Source of the DNA: Adineta vaga
Taxonomy: Eukaryota > Animalia > Rotifera
Length of the DNA stretch: 64,000 nucleotides
NCBI GenBank assembly: GCA_021613535.1
Contig: CP075492.1
Location: 16,740,001 to 16,804,000, forward strand
Reading direction: 5' to 3'
Below, in pieces: positions 35,921-48,222 of the stretch. Every line of letters begins with the position of its first letter. Position 1 is the first letter of the stretch. A program made the translations under genes and the position numbers. Below the pieces are notes generated by a model. It ran no database searches and had not been told where the DNA came from. It saw only the letters and a list, made by a program, of their open reading frames with translations.

Positions 35921-37134
35921 TTAAACAGTTGGATAACTAGCCAATGTAGCAATACCACATTGGTTCTTGCTGTTACGACTCATCCAGATATAACCTTGGT
36001 TACCCCATGAGGTACCCCATGAATTTTTGACAATATAGTAATCTTTTCCTTCTGCAGTGTCATAACCAACAGCTAAAACACCATGATCAAGTTGTTGTGC
36101 TGAGCATGTTTTTTCATTGTAGACACCTGATTTATAAAGTTGAAATGATGTGTGTGAAGCATCAATAGCGACTGAGACTGGACCAACTGTGGCAATTGCA
36201 TCTTGTAAATCATCTTCACTGTATTGTTTAATGTCTTTACATCCCTATGGAAAGAAAAGTGAAATAATTATTATTCGAGTTAAAGAAAAATACTTACAGT
36301 ATCTGTAGCACCAATATTTTTGGTAGCGAATCGACATGTATCATCACGAGCTTCATATGGATAGGTAGATTCGGTATCAATGCCATTATTTTCTTTGATG
36401 TATTTGAAGGCATTGTCCATTAAACCACCACGGCATCCAAAGTTACCATATGTCGTTGAACAATCAACTAAATTTTGTTCAGAAAGTGAAACAAGTTGTT
36501 GTGTTTTAGCGAAGTGTTGTCCTTCAAGTGCACCAGTTGTTGAAAAAGCCCAACATGAACCGCATTGAGCTTGATCTTTTATTGGTGTTACGTAACCTTT
36601 TGTACGCCAATCTATTTAATTTAAGAAAAAAACTTTAAATAGATCATATCAATTTCTTCAATACATACCAACAGCAGTTGGTCTTTTGAAGTTAGCTGGA
36701 GCAACGTATTGATCGCAAGTACCAGAGAAACTGACATTTAGACCAAGATCAAGACCGTTCATTTGTTTAACGAATTCTTGGTTGGTCTACAAATATTAAT
36801 ATAAAGAGATTTGATTAGAATATAATGAAACCATACCATATCACCATATTTATTCATTCCTAATGTATAAGTATGTAAACCAATGTCAGCTTCAAGATTG
36901 TGTTTTCTGATAAGAGCAATATGATCTTCCCAAATTGATCGACTAGAAATAAAAATAGGTATTAAAAAAAATGAAGAAAAGATTCTCTTACCGTGTAATT
37001 TCTTCTGCATTTGATGCATATTGTTTTTCATAGGTTTGTTTGAATAAACCCCATGCTGAATCTAATGTTGTATCAAATGTTGGTATGGAGTAGACATAGG
37101 CGAAAAGACAGCAGAGAGCAATGAAAGCTTTCAT
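35921..37134 (-). CDS. CTSL: Cathepsin L-like cysteine protease (5 exons)
   Basis: Signal peptide, I29 prodomain (GMNKYGDM), [35 protein letters not shown]. Four short GT-AG introns. Confidence 0.95.
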
Positions 37135-37829
37135 TGTAGATACTGAGCTTGTGTATTGAAGGGCAACAATGAAAAACACTGAATTTTACATTGGTATATA
37201 TATGATAGTTATTTTTTTGTTGTGTCAGTGTTTTTTAAAGATAAAAAAAATCAAAATAATCTGTTATCATACATATTCTTTTTCTTTGCAAGAAAAAAAT
37301 GACAATGCAAAGAATAACAAATATAGTTCTGTTTAGTTTTTGTTTCTCTTTCCAATGAAAAGAATTTTTGTTTTTTGCAAGATCATTCTAAATGTTATCT
37401 AATATTTTGTTTTATCATATGCGCGTGATACGTTTTGGCCTTCATTCTTTTTTTGTTACAGATTTAGAAAAAATCTTCATACACTCAAATTGACGAATTT
37501 CCGATCATATAACTTTCATCATTGTTCAGAGATGATGAAGGCATTAGTGCGGATAATACTATCGTTCTTTAAATTCTATGGAATTCCGAATAGAATGAGT
37601 AGATGATGATAAAGATGTTACAGTAACATCGGTTACTTGTGAATTTCCGATGAGATAAATCTCATGTTATTGCACAAACGTATGAAATACTTTTTGCTAT
37701 CTATAATATTAGTTGTTTCATTTCTACATTGTTTTAACTATAAATCGAAATAAACGACAACAAAACTTTAAGAACGATAATAATTCTACGAATATTAACA
37801 ATAAATATTATAAATGATAACAATTAAAT

Positions 37830-38590
37830 AGATATTTGTAATTTAATATTTCAATTACCAAAATTATCTTCATTAACAATAAAAGAGATTTATTCATATT
37901 TAGATGAAATTTCTGAAGAGAATTCATTCATATAATTTAAATATGTTAACTACGATTTCTTTTCAATTAAATCCAGTCGATTTTTCTCGTTATGAACAAT
38001 TTGTTAAAAAACATTGTTATCGAATTGAAAAATGATATATTTCCACAAATTCTTATGCAAATTTTACCGATAGTAATCGATAGAAAGAATTTATTTCAAA
38101 TTTTCTGTCAAATTTACGAATATTTAATATTGAAATTCTTGATACTACAATATCTTCGAATAATCACCTAGTTTTTTCTCAAGAATTTAATTCATTACTC
38201 AAACATAAGAATTGATGAGTCAATCATCAAATTTATTAGATTGTCTTTCATTTGAAGAAATACAATCATTTTGTTTTGTATCAAAACATAATAAAATTCA
38301 AAATATCGTTATAAATCATAATTATTCATTACAAAAAATTCGAGGATTTACAGATTTATGTTCACGATTAGAATATCTTATACTCTTGTTGTATCTCTGC
38401 GATGTTTAGAACCAGCCATTCAACTTTTATTATCAGACAAGAATCAAAATCGATGCCAACTATCTTCCTTATGTGTTTTTTGAGCGAATGAAATATTGAT
38501 TCAAAAATTAAAATCTTTGATTATTTCAAAGTTTTCCATTATCATTTGATGATGTGTATCAATTACCATGCTTGAATTGTATTTATTGGT
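37830..38590 (+). pseudogene. Possible decayed F-box/LRR-type gene remnant
   Basis: Fragments such as IFQLPKLSSLTI, LCSRLEYL and LSSLCVF with many stops. Confidence 0.3.
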
Positions 38591-38826
38591 CGAAAACATA
38601 TTTTCTTTGCATTAGCTGCTGGAAAATTTAATTTTGCTATTTTTTCGAGGATGGGGAGGGAGAATGTGTAAGCGATAAATCATCGTTAGTTTTTCAATGT
38701 TGATATAAAGTACAACAAAAAACATTTTTTAGTTTGAAAAAGTATGTCACATCACCTTATGTTATCTTTATCAACACGAATATTTATATATCTTTGCACA
38801 CACACATTTTCCATATTCTATTCAAA

Positions 38827-40517
38827 ATGAAATCTAAAGTGATAGGATCTCTTCTTCTTCTTCTAACAGTTCAATGTTGTTCTGGTTCAGCGGATGTTTA
38901 TACAGATGAAATATATATTAAAGATAATTACAATCGAATTCGTATTTATCATGGTACAAATTTTGTTACTAAAAGGATTTCCATGGTATCCACCGGAATT
39001 ACTTGATGTAAATTTTGTTGCAAATATGTCATCATGGGGTCTAAATTTTGTTCGACTTGGGTAATTTCATAAGATACAATTTCTTCTTTTATATTTTTCT
39101 ACTTATTTTCTTTTTATAAAAGAATGATGTGGTCAGGTATTGAACCAATTGAACGTCAATATAATTATACTTATTTGAATATAATGAAACAAATTATTGA
39201 ATTACTTGAAAAAAATCAAATTTATGTTTTACTTGATATGCATCAAGATGGTTTAAGTAGTCGAACAGGCTTGTATGATGGAATTCCCGGCTGGCTTTAC
39301 GATAAATTTCCAGCACCTTCTCATCCATGTATATTTCTTTCTTATCAATTAGAAGAATAAATAGATTACATTTTTATTATTTTTAGATCCATGGCCATTA
39401 AAAAATGTGTCAAGTTGGTTTCTTAAGTAGATTAAAATATAAAAGTAAATCATTTATTTAGGACTTTTTTCTTTTTTAGTTATTTAACTGAAGCATGTTC
39501 ACATGGTTTTCAATGTTTATATGATAATATTGCTGGTGCTACTGAATCTATGAGCAATTTTTGGCGTTTAGTTGCAACAACATTTAATTCCTTTTCGAAT
39601 ATATTAGGATATGAATTAATTAATGAACCATGGGCTGGAAATTATCTTACAAATCCTTTTGTACTTTTACCTGGTATTGCTGGTTCAAAAAATCTTCAAC
39701 CATTATATGATAAACTTGCAAAAGCTATTCGATCTGTTGATAATCAAACATTAATCTTTTATGAACCTGTCACATGGGGAGGTTTGTTCAAAAAGACAAA
39801 ACAAGGAAGTTTCAATTTCATTTTTGTTTGTTTGTTTGTTTTATAGTTCGATTGAATGGAAAATATTTGGGTAGTGGATTTACCCATGTTCCTGGTGGAA
39901 ATGATTATCGAAATCGTAGTGTGTTTTCTTATCATTATTATTGTTCAATTTTACAAATTGAACCTGTTCCCGGTAATGAAACAATTCCAAGTTTTGATCG
40001 AATTTTATGTGATGATATCGAAGGACCAGCTTTGTTTGATTCAACTTTGACTGATGTAAAGCAATTAGGTGGTTCATCATTTCTCACTGAATTTGGTGGA
40101 TGTGGGGATTCGCCAGAACCATCATGCGATGAACAATTTCAATGGGGAATGACAAATGCAGATAAATATTTTCAATCATGGGCTTATTGGGGGATTATTT
40201 ATAACGATATGAATGCAATTAAACAAATAACTCGACCCTATGCTCGTGCTATTGCTGGTCAACCAAATACAATGCAATATGAAATTGATACAAAAATCTT
40301 TCTTTTAACATATACAATTGATTTGTCAATTAAACAACCAACAGAAATTTATATTCCATCATTAGTTTATCCAAAATCAAATTATAATGTAACTGTAAAT
40401 GAATATATTCAATGGAAAATTGATCCAATGAATCCAAATATTATTTTAATTGAACCAATTCAACGATATTTTTCGAAAAATGTTTTGGCATCAATTAAAA
40501 TTATTCCAACTGCTTAA
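38827..40517 (+). CDS. GH5 endoglycoceramidase-like glycoside hydrolase (multi-exon; one extra A at 38971-38974 shifts the frame)
   Basis: Signal peptide, RIYHGTNFV, FVRLG|MMWSG, LLDMHQD, GYELINEPW (acid/base), LTEFG (nucleophile), RPYARAIAG. Confidence 0.85.
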
Positions 40518-40905
40518 TCATTTGATTTAATTCCAAAAAGAACTAATATAATATTTGTTTTCTATCGGAAAAAAGAAAGTATTACTAATTAATCACATAC
40601 TATAAAAATCAATGATTAATAGAAAGTAGAAGTTAAAATAGGAAAAAGATGTAAAAAGCAATTGTTATTTTCTGTTCTCCAAAATCACTGCATGTTTTGT
40701 TACATTTTTGAAGGAACCTAAGCCATACGATTCTTCTACTGCAAAAAAATCACTGTAGATTTGTATATGATGCATTTCTAAAAAAATATTTTTATCGTAT
40801 TGACCAGTTAGAAATCATATTGGTAACATTTCATAGAATAAGACTAACTCATAAGATGACCTTCTGAATTACATTATTTTATTAAATCTTGAGAATGCAC
40901 TTTAT

Positions 40906-41042
40906 GTGACGGTGTGGATATGGGTGTGAGGGTCCCAGATCAATGCAATTCCAACACGCTCACCCACACCCTCAAATTCATAAGGGTGTGGGTGTGGGTG
41001 TGAGTGGAGACTACATCTATCTAACACTCACACCCACCCTTT
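40906..41042. repeat. Two adjacent telomere-type inverted-repeat elements (40906-40975 and 40982-41042)
   Basis: ggtgtggatatgggtgtgaggg-N-ctcacccacaccctcaa and aagggtgtgggtgtgggtgtgagtg-N-cactcacacccaccctt. Confidence 0.85.
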
Positions 41043-41255
41043 TTTGTTTTAGTATTTTTTTTTCTTAAGCATTCTGTGCATATTTCGCTTCTCTTTATTC
41101 TTTCATCATGTTAACTCATAACCATGCCTTTATTATTTTCTCTTGTTCTTCAACCACGTTTCTTTTCTTCGAAATTTCGTTATTTATTTTAAGTCAATAT
41201 AAATTACATACTTCTATGTCATATTCTCTCATTTTATTTTTTCTACAATACTGCT

Positions 41256-42242
41256 ATGAGTGTTCGTATTGTATCGTATAATATTTTTGCTCCAGTTTAT
41301 GCTGTTCGTCCCAAGCATTACTTTAAATGTCAGCCTCAATTTCTTAAAACTGATTATCGATGGAATCTGATTCAAAATCAATTAGAACAAGAGATTGTCA
41401 ATCATGAAAATACAATTATTTGTTTACAAGAAGTTTCTCTTATTCTTGTGCCTGAACTTGAATTATTTTTTCGTCGATTAAATTATAGTTTCTTTCATAA
41501 TCTATTTGGTCAAATGCGAAATGATTATATGGGTGGTATAGGGATGGCAATTCCTAATTCAATGCAGCTTAACTCTATGTCTATTGTTAAAATTGAAGAT
41601 CGTATACGATCAATGATTAAACCTCGTGTTGAAAGAAGTGTCGATCTTATAACAGAAAATCAATCCAATACGACACTACTTCCATCTGATCCATGGGAAA
41701 TTGCTATGGCTACACCTCATACATTTATCTGTTTACAATTAGTTATTAATAATAAACAATTGTCTGTAGGCACGTATCATATGCCTTGCCTTTACAAGGA
41801 ACCGGATGTTATGTTGATACATTCGTCGGTGTTGAAAGATTTAATGTTTGAATTCGCGGCAGATGGACAAAATTTTATTCTAGCAGGTGACTTCAATTTC
41901 AAACCTCGAGATATATGTTATAAATTTTTAGTCGAAAAAAATTATATCAATGACAATTTACCTAAATCTACTACTTATGAAATCCTGTATCAACCTAATA
42001 CGAAACAAAAAATAAAAAGTGCTTATTTTGAAATGAATGGAGCCGAGCCTAATTACACAGATTTTTCACATAAATTTAATTCAGAACAATTTCGCGAAAC
42101 ACTTGATTACATTTTTTTTAATGGTGATCTAAAAGTGGATAATGTGTTACAATTACTCGATTGTCCTACTAGTGAATCTTATCCTGATGAAACACATCCT
42201 TCCGATCATTTAATGATTGCAGCAACATTTCTATTATTATAA
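41256..42242 (+). CDS. EEP-superfamily CCR4/nocturnin/Angel-like phosphoesterase (intronless)
   Basis: SYNI, CLQEV, GDFN, TLDYIF and PSDH catalytic motifs. Confidence 0.9.
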   Translation: MSVRIVSYNIFAPVYAVRPKHYFKCQPQFLKTDYRWNLIQNQLEQEIVNHENTIICLQEVSLILVPELELFFRRLNYSFFHNLFGQMRNDYMGGIGMAIPNSMQLNSMSIVKIEDRIRSMIKPRVERSVDLITENQSNTTLLPSDPWEIAMATPHTFICLQLVINNKQLSVGTYHMPCLYKEPDVMLIHSSVLKDLMFEFAADGQNFILAGDFNFKPRDICYKFLVEKNYINDNLPKSTTYEILYQPNTKQKIKSAYFEMNGAEPNYTDFSHKFNSEQFRETLDYIFFNGDLKVDNVLQLLDCPTSESYPDETHPSDHLMIAATFLLL

Positions 42243-42392
42243 ATTCTTTTTAACAATAACTTTATTTGTTTTCTCTTCTCTTGAGTTTATCAGACATAAA
42301 TTATTCGCATTTCATTAATCCGTTGAAAAATAAAAAATGAAATTCAAAGATAATCGAGATCGAAAAACCACGAATCTTATGTAAATGAAAAC

Positions 42393-42433
42393 GGGTGAGT
42401 GCGAGAGCATTAGTATTGAAACACCCACATCCT
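42393..42433. repeat. Degenerate telomere-type inverted-repeat element
   Basis: gggtgagtgcgag-N-acacccacatcct. Confidence 0.45.
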
Positions 42434-42618
42434 GTCCATTATTCATACTAAAGATCAAATGGGACTTTCTTTTTATGTTAAGTGATAATGTTCTGAAGTA
42501 TGTTTTCTTTTAGTAAAAGCAGTTTTTCTACTCGTCTCTGAACTATTTAAATACTTAAAAATGCAATTATCACTTTTACTTACAATAGTATTAAAAAATT
42601 TTCATTTATTTATCTGTC

Positions 42619-44232
42619 ATGTTTTTAAAATGGTTAGTTCTGATGAATTTATATCCAGTTTTATCAATAAAAATGACTCAAATTTTCGCTGCCATGTATG
42701 TTCCAGAACCAAAAAACACTAATGCTTCACTTATATCGCAATTCTCAACGAATTGTAACGAATGTCTTTGCCAAACATTTCTATTCAATATAACCTATGC
42801 TATTATTAATTGTCAAAGAGATACAAAATTATGTTTGTTTTACGAGCATTTCACAATAAATTATACTGTACAATTAAATTTGAATGTTTCTGTCTATTTC
42901 TTTCAATTATCTTCTGTATTTACAACAAACATCATATCAAATACATATACTTCGCCAATGACTAGTATAACAGTAACAAGTAAGCCTGTTTAATTGGTTA
43001 AAAAAATGAGTTATAAAGAGATCATTTTGCAGGATAGTTTGCGATTTAAAATAAAATTTTTATGTATTGTAATTAAAAAAAAATAACGTATAGCGAGAGA
43101 ATCATCTACTTCTGCAATGTCATGATAAACTCATTAAATTATTACGAAAATTTTATTGTTATTTTTAGACTAACTTTTATTTTGATTATCTCATTTAGCT
43201 GAACAAACTACCAATGATATGTCTACACAAACACCTCAATTAAATGTATGGCGTCAAATACAGAATATGACCGTAGCTAGAATTGGTCATACAAGTACAT
43301 ATATACCAGAAACAGGCAATGTTCTTATAATAGGTGGTGAAAATCAATCATCTATAGAATTGTTTGTATCTGCAAATGAATCATTTATTAGAAAAGGAAA
43401 TATGACAAACATCAGAACATATCATACTACTGATCGTCTTTCTACAAATGTTATTTTGATTGCTGGTGGTAATACAGTTGATCTATATGATCCTATAGAA
43501 GAAAAAATCAATACTACTATCAATATGAGTACACCTCGTGCCTGGCATAAATCATCAACGATTAATATTGCTGGTAACATAAAAACATTGCTTTCCGGTG
43601 GAGTTCCTGGCAATTGGTCAGCAAGTTTCCTGTCATCAGCTAATTTGTTCGATAGTTCTACCAATACGTTTACTTCAGGAATCATGTCAGTTGCTAGGTA
43701 TTATCAAACGTCAACATCATTACCGAATGGTAATATTATCATTGCAGGAGGTCAGACAATAGGTAATGGTCTTCTCAATAGCTTGGAATTGTTCAATAGT
43801 AGTTCAAATTCATTTTTAACTATTGCTGCAACGATGTCTAACAAACGTTACTATCATACAGCTACTTACATTCCTTCTATTCAATCAATCCTTTTTGCTG
43901 GTGGTTATATTTCAAGCAATTTAAATACCTATGATTTATTCAATGTAACAACACTTACATTTGTTCGAAATGGTACATTCAAATATGCAAGATCTGCTCA
44001 TACAGCTACTCTTCTAAAAGATGAACGGATTTTACTTGTTGGTGGTTATCCTTATATCACTCAAGTAGAAATCTTTAATCCATTAACATTTACATTCAGT
44101 GTAGCTGCTAATTTATCTATAGGTCGTAGTTATCATACAGCCACCTTACTAGATCATTCGGGTCAAGTTCTCGTTTGTGGTGGTGACGGAGCGTCGGGTT
44201 ATCTTAAAACTTGTGAACTTTATCAACCATAA
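42619..44232 (+). CDS. Secreted Cys-rich (PAN-like) domain + Thr linker + Kelch propeller, 2 exons
   Basis: Exon 1 has a signal peptide and CNECLC...NC...C. Donor gtaag near 42980 and acceptor near 43198. Kelch repeats (RxxHTAT.L..G.VL..GG, ELY). Confidence 0.75.
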
Positions 44233-44342
44233 TAACATTATTTATTCGTAATCTTATTGTGAACACAATAATTCTTCTTTTTATTTTAATCAATAAAACT
44301 TTCATGTTTCTTCTTCTCATCAATAATAATGGAAGTTAGCAA

Positions 44343-44372
44343 AGGTGAGGATACAGTAACATCCACACCCTT
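44343..44372. repeat. Degenerate telomere-type inverted-repeat element
   Basis: aggtgaggat-N-atccacaccctt. Confidence 0.5.
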
Positions 44373-44440
44373 AATTAAACGTACTTTGATAAGTAAATAT
44401 TATGATTTATTATATGTATACTCTTTCATTTCTCTGTTAA

Positions 44441-45585
44441 CTACAATCTATACTTATTGAAAAAAGGAATGATAATACTTGATGTAGCATCAAACACAGT
44501 AGTAGTACAATCATTTGTTCCTACACTTCCCTTGCATTTTGCTGGTAATGTCTTGCGAGGCCATCCATGTTGTCCTCCAGTAATTTTGTATCCTATCACA
44601 ATACTATTTTCTTTACAGTTGGTATTCCACGTTTGAATTTCAACCAATTGTTGAGGATCTGTTCCTTTTGATAAATAAGAGATTGTCGGTTTGCCTTGAC
44701 AACCATTGCGTGATGCCCATCCTTGTCGAAAATCGTCTACGCTTACTTGTGCTGCACTTTTTTCTTGGCCACCATAGTATGATGAAACACTGTCTGAAGT
44801 ACCATGAAAATCCAGAAAAGGTATGGCACGTTGAGTAGGACAATTTCCGTTGAATGTAGTCGTGTAGAGAGCTGCTGAAATTGTTGCAAAAGCGGCAAAC
44901 TTTGCAGCTATCCCTGGTGTACAGGCGAGGAGGTTGACGAATCCAGCACCTAGACAGTTTCAAAAATTATTAATCAACTTGCACATATTTGGAAACAAGC
45001 TGGATGTTCAAATAAATAATAAAAGCATCAACATACCATTACTCTTGCCAGTTGCATAGATTCGTGATGAATCAACACAAAATGTACTTAGGAGTGAGGA
45101 GATCATTGTATTTACAAAGGCAATCTATATTAAGTGACTATCTCGGTTGGAATAGAAGTGAAAAAGAATCGTAGAAGACTCACATCATCCACACCAGTAG
45201 CGGAATATGGTGCACCTTGCCAAGCAGTTTGTCCATCCGTTCCTAACTTTCCCTTAGGATAGACAGCAATGATTCCCGTACCGTCGATAATTAGACCTTT
45301 TTGAGATAGTTGAGATAGATCTTCTTGTTTGTCCATATCCCCATTGTGACCATGAAAAGAGAAGACAATAGCGTGTCCTCGATTGTTTTGAAAATTAGCT
45401 GATAGATGTGCCTTATAGTGACGAACGGGTTGACCATTTGCTGCAGGAACCTGTATTGATTTTGTCTGGCCCGGAGAAAAACCGCTTGGAAGTGGTTTTC
45501 CACAGCCAGAGCTCAGTACAGATTTCGATGGAATTACAAAAAGAACGAGAATATTTGTCCAACAGAGTAGAACCTGTTGTAGCAT
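44441..45585 (-). CDS. Secreted feruloyl esterase / PHB-depolymerase-like (CE1) alpha/beta hydrolase, fungal-type, 3 exons
   Basis: SSGCGK, FSFHG, VYPKG, WQGAPYS..GVDD, CVDSSRIYATGKSNG (nucleophile elbow), AGFVNLLAC, HGWP. Two short GT-AG introns. Confidence 0.8.
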
Positions 45586-46319
45586 GATTTCTTCGAATGA
45601 ATGAAGAAATAATTTGTAATATTCACCTTCTCTATATAAAGAAAAAGAAAATATTGCAATGATTAAGTCGTTCTTCTCTCTTGACTGTTTTATAGCAAAA
45701 AATACATTACAAGTACATGGGATTTTGTGGCTTGAGTGAATAAATATTTATCTTTCATTTTGCTATTGTGAGCTCTCTCTCTTTTGTATGTTATTTAGAT
45801 GTCGTCTACTAAGAATATTACATATCAAGAGATAAAAAGAAAAAAGAGGTCGAATAATAGAAATATATAATGGAGAAAAGAAAGATATTATGTAAGAAAT
45901 ATGTGATCGTTGACAGCTGTCTCGTATTCGTTGCTCAGTTCTCAGTTATTTTTAACTTATGCGATTCGATAAGAAGAAAATGAAAGTGAAGAGGTGAGAA
46001 AGAGAATCAGATTTCAGACGATTCAAAGTATTTTATTTGCACTGAAAAACTGCACTTTACTTTAGACTAAAAATAATGCTTGCTCTTTATACTTTGCTTA
46101 TGCTGTGCAGTGCTATGGATAAATACCAGAAGTTTATCTTTCAACAAATTACGATAAGATTGTGTTTGTATCGATCACAATAAAACATACAAGTATTTTA
46201 TCGTCAAAGAAAGAAAGAAAGAAAATGGCTAGTAATAGTTTTATTTGGCTTAATACTCAAAAAAACAACCACGAGAAACATGAAGATTTACATAAAACCA
46301 TTAATTCACATATGTGTAA

Positions 46320-46555
46320 TAGTCGAAAGGTGAATTCAAGTATTCAAATATTCGTTCAGTTATTCAATTATTTAGTTATCCATTTTGAAAGGGTGGGGCA
46401 ACAGCTACTTGGGGGTGTGCGGAGGGTGCGGTTGTGGGTTGGTTTTTCTAAAAACGATCCTTATTGAAGTCCCTGATAAATGAATAAATAAATAACTGAA
46501 TAATTGAATAACTGAATAACTGAATAGTTGAATGGTTGAATTCAACTTTCGAGTA
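46320..46555. mobile_element. MITE with about 60-bp imperfect TIRs and TA ends
   Basis: Left end tagtcgaaaggtgaattcaagtattcaaatattc...ttcagttattcaattatt is the reverse complement of right end ...aataattgaataactgaa...gaatagttgaatggttgaattcaactttcgagta. 8-bp gaataact subrepeats. Confidence 0.7.
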
Positions 46556-46976
46556 TGACACTACTGTTATATAGGAAAGAGAGAAAGAGATGATATCATT
46601 AATTTTCATCCATGGATTATATACCGTAATGAAAGTATTCAATGTTCATTAAAAGACATGCAAATTTGAGAGAATTTTTATGAATACAGTTCTAAAACTA
46701 TCGATATACAAGAAATGCTTTCATATCACAGCTCAATCAATTCATCATATATTAATCCTGAGACTGTGCAAAAACATATTCGAGATAGAATTCAAAATTT
46801 GTTTGAAAGATAAGTAAAAAAAGAGATAACTGCAGCAAGGATCATTTCTATTTCAATACAGAAAAAAAAGAAAGGACTCAAGCTTCCATATACAAAAAAC
46901 GCATATACATCTTCAGAAGTTACGATGTTATGAAATCAAAATTACAAGTGGACATATATTTTGTTGTTGATATTCC

Positions 46977-47030
46977 AGGGGTGTGAGTGTAGATGAGTAT
47001 TCGGCTGTCACCCTATGCCCACACCCTCAA
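46977..47030. repeat. Telomere-type inverted-repeat element
   Basis: aggggtgtgagtgtag-N-ctatgcccacaccctcaa. Confidence 0.7.
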
Positions 47031-47339
47031 TTAACTGATCACCAGACATATTCCTTAATTTCATGAAAAAAAATGAACTTTAAGGACTAATCACGCAGTT
47101 AACACGTGCGAAATGAAAGCACAGAAAAGAACCAGAAGAATAGAATAGACTAAATACGTCTTAACTGGATGATGTATAAAAGAAGAGTGACCCTCTGGTC
47201 GATATTTTATATGAAAAAATTTCTTTTGTTTTTCGATCAATCAGTGAAATGCGCACAGATAATTTAGTGTTCGAAGATTTATCTAAATATTAATACAAGA
47301 AGAAATAAATTTTCTAAAAATAATAAATATTATTGAAAT

Positions 47340-48222
47340 AAAATTCACTTCATCGGATGTAATGGAAATTTGTAGCAGGAAGTTGTCGGATTTGTTCGCC
47401 CTATAAGTGTAAATGAAAGGATGACATTTAATTTCTTATCTACGCATAAAAGTACAAAAATGTGATTATTCAAAATTTAATCTTTTAAATGACATATTGT
47501 CTCATTTTATTTGATTACAAATATAATCTTATTATCATTTGTTAATATAGAATAAAGTGATTGTATTGGATATAATGTTGTAAGAATAATACCAATTATA
47601 ATTTCAAATAAAACCAATTTAATCAATGTCATGTCACCCTTTGACAGAACATTTTTTGATTCATTTTCAATTATTAAACCAGGTTGAACACGCACATGAA
47701 TTGATTTTAAATTTTTTATAATAAGAAAACAAAAACTAATTTGTAAAATTGGCAAAATAAATCCAAAAATACAGATTTGATAAATACTAAAAAAGAATCC
47801 ATATGTACCAAAGAAAAAACATCGATTATTTTCGATTGTTTCATAAATTGCTAAATTTATTGATATTAACATACCAAATAAAATAATTCCAATAATGATT
47901 TTTATTGATAATTGTTGTTTACTAAATGAACGTATTTTAACATTACTTGATGTTAATGCAAAACGATCAATTGATGCAAATAAAATCATTATTTTATAAA
48001 TAAGTGATGATGATTGTAATAAATAGCCACGAAAACGACAAAGAAAAAGTGATTTTATAAATGGATCTGGTGGATAACATAATGATTTTGTCGATGACGT
48101 TTTTGATGAAAAATAATTATTGAAAATATATTACCAAGATTACCTAATATTAAAGATATTGGAAATCCATAACGTATTAGATTTTGTTGAATTGATGAAA
48201 GTGTTAATGAAAGAGACGACAT
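47340..48222 (-). pseudogene. Degenerate GPCR, paralog of the 8273-9285 gene
   Basis: MSSLSLTLSSIQ start, LGNLGN, LCRFRGY, ASIDRFALTSSNVKIR. Several frameshifts and deletions (TM2 missing). Confidence 0.75.
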
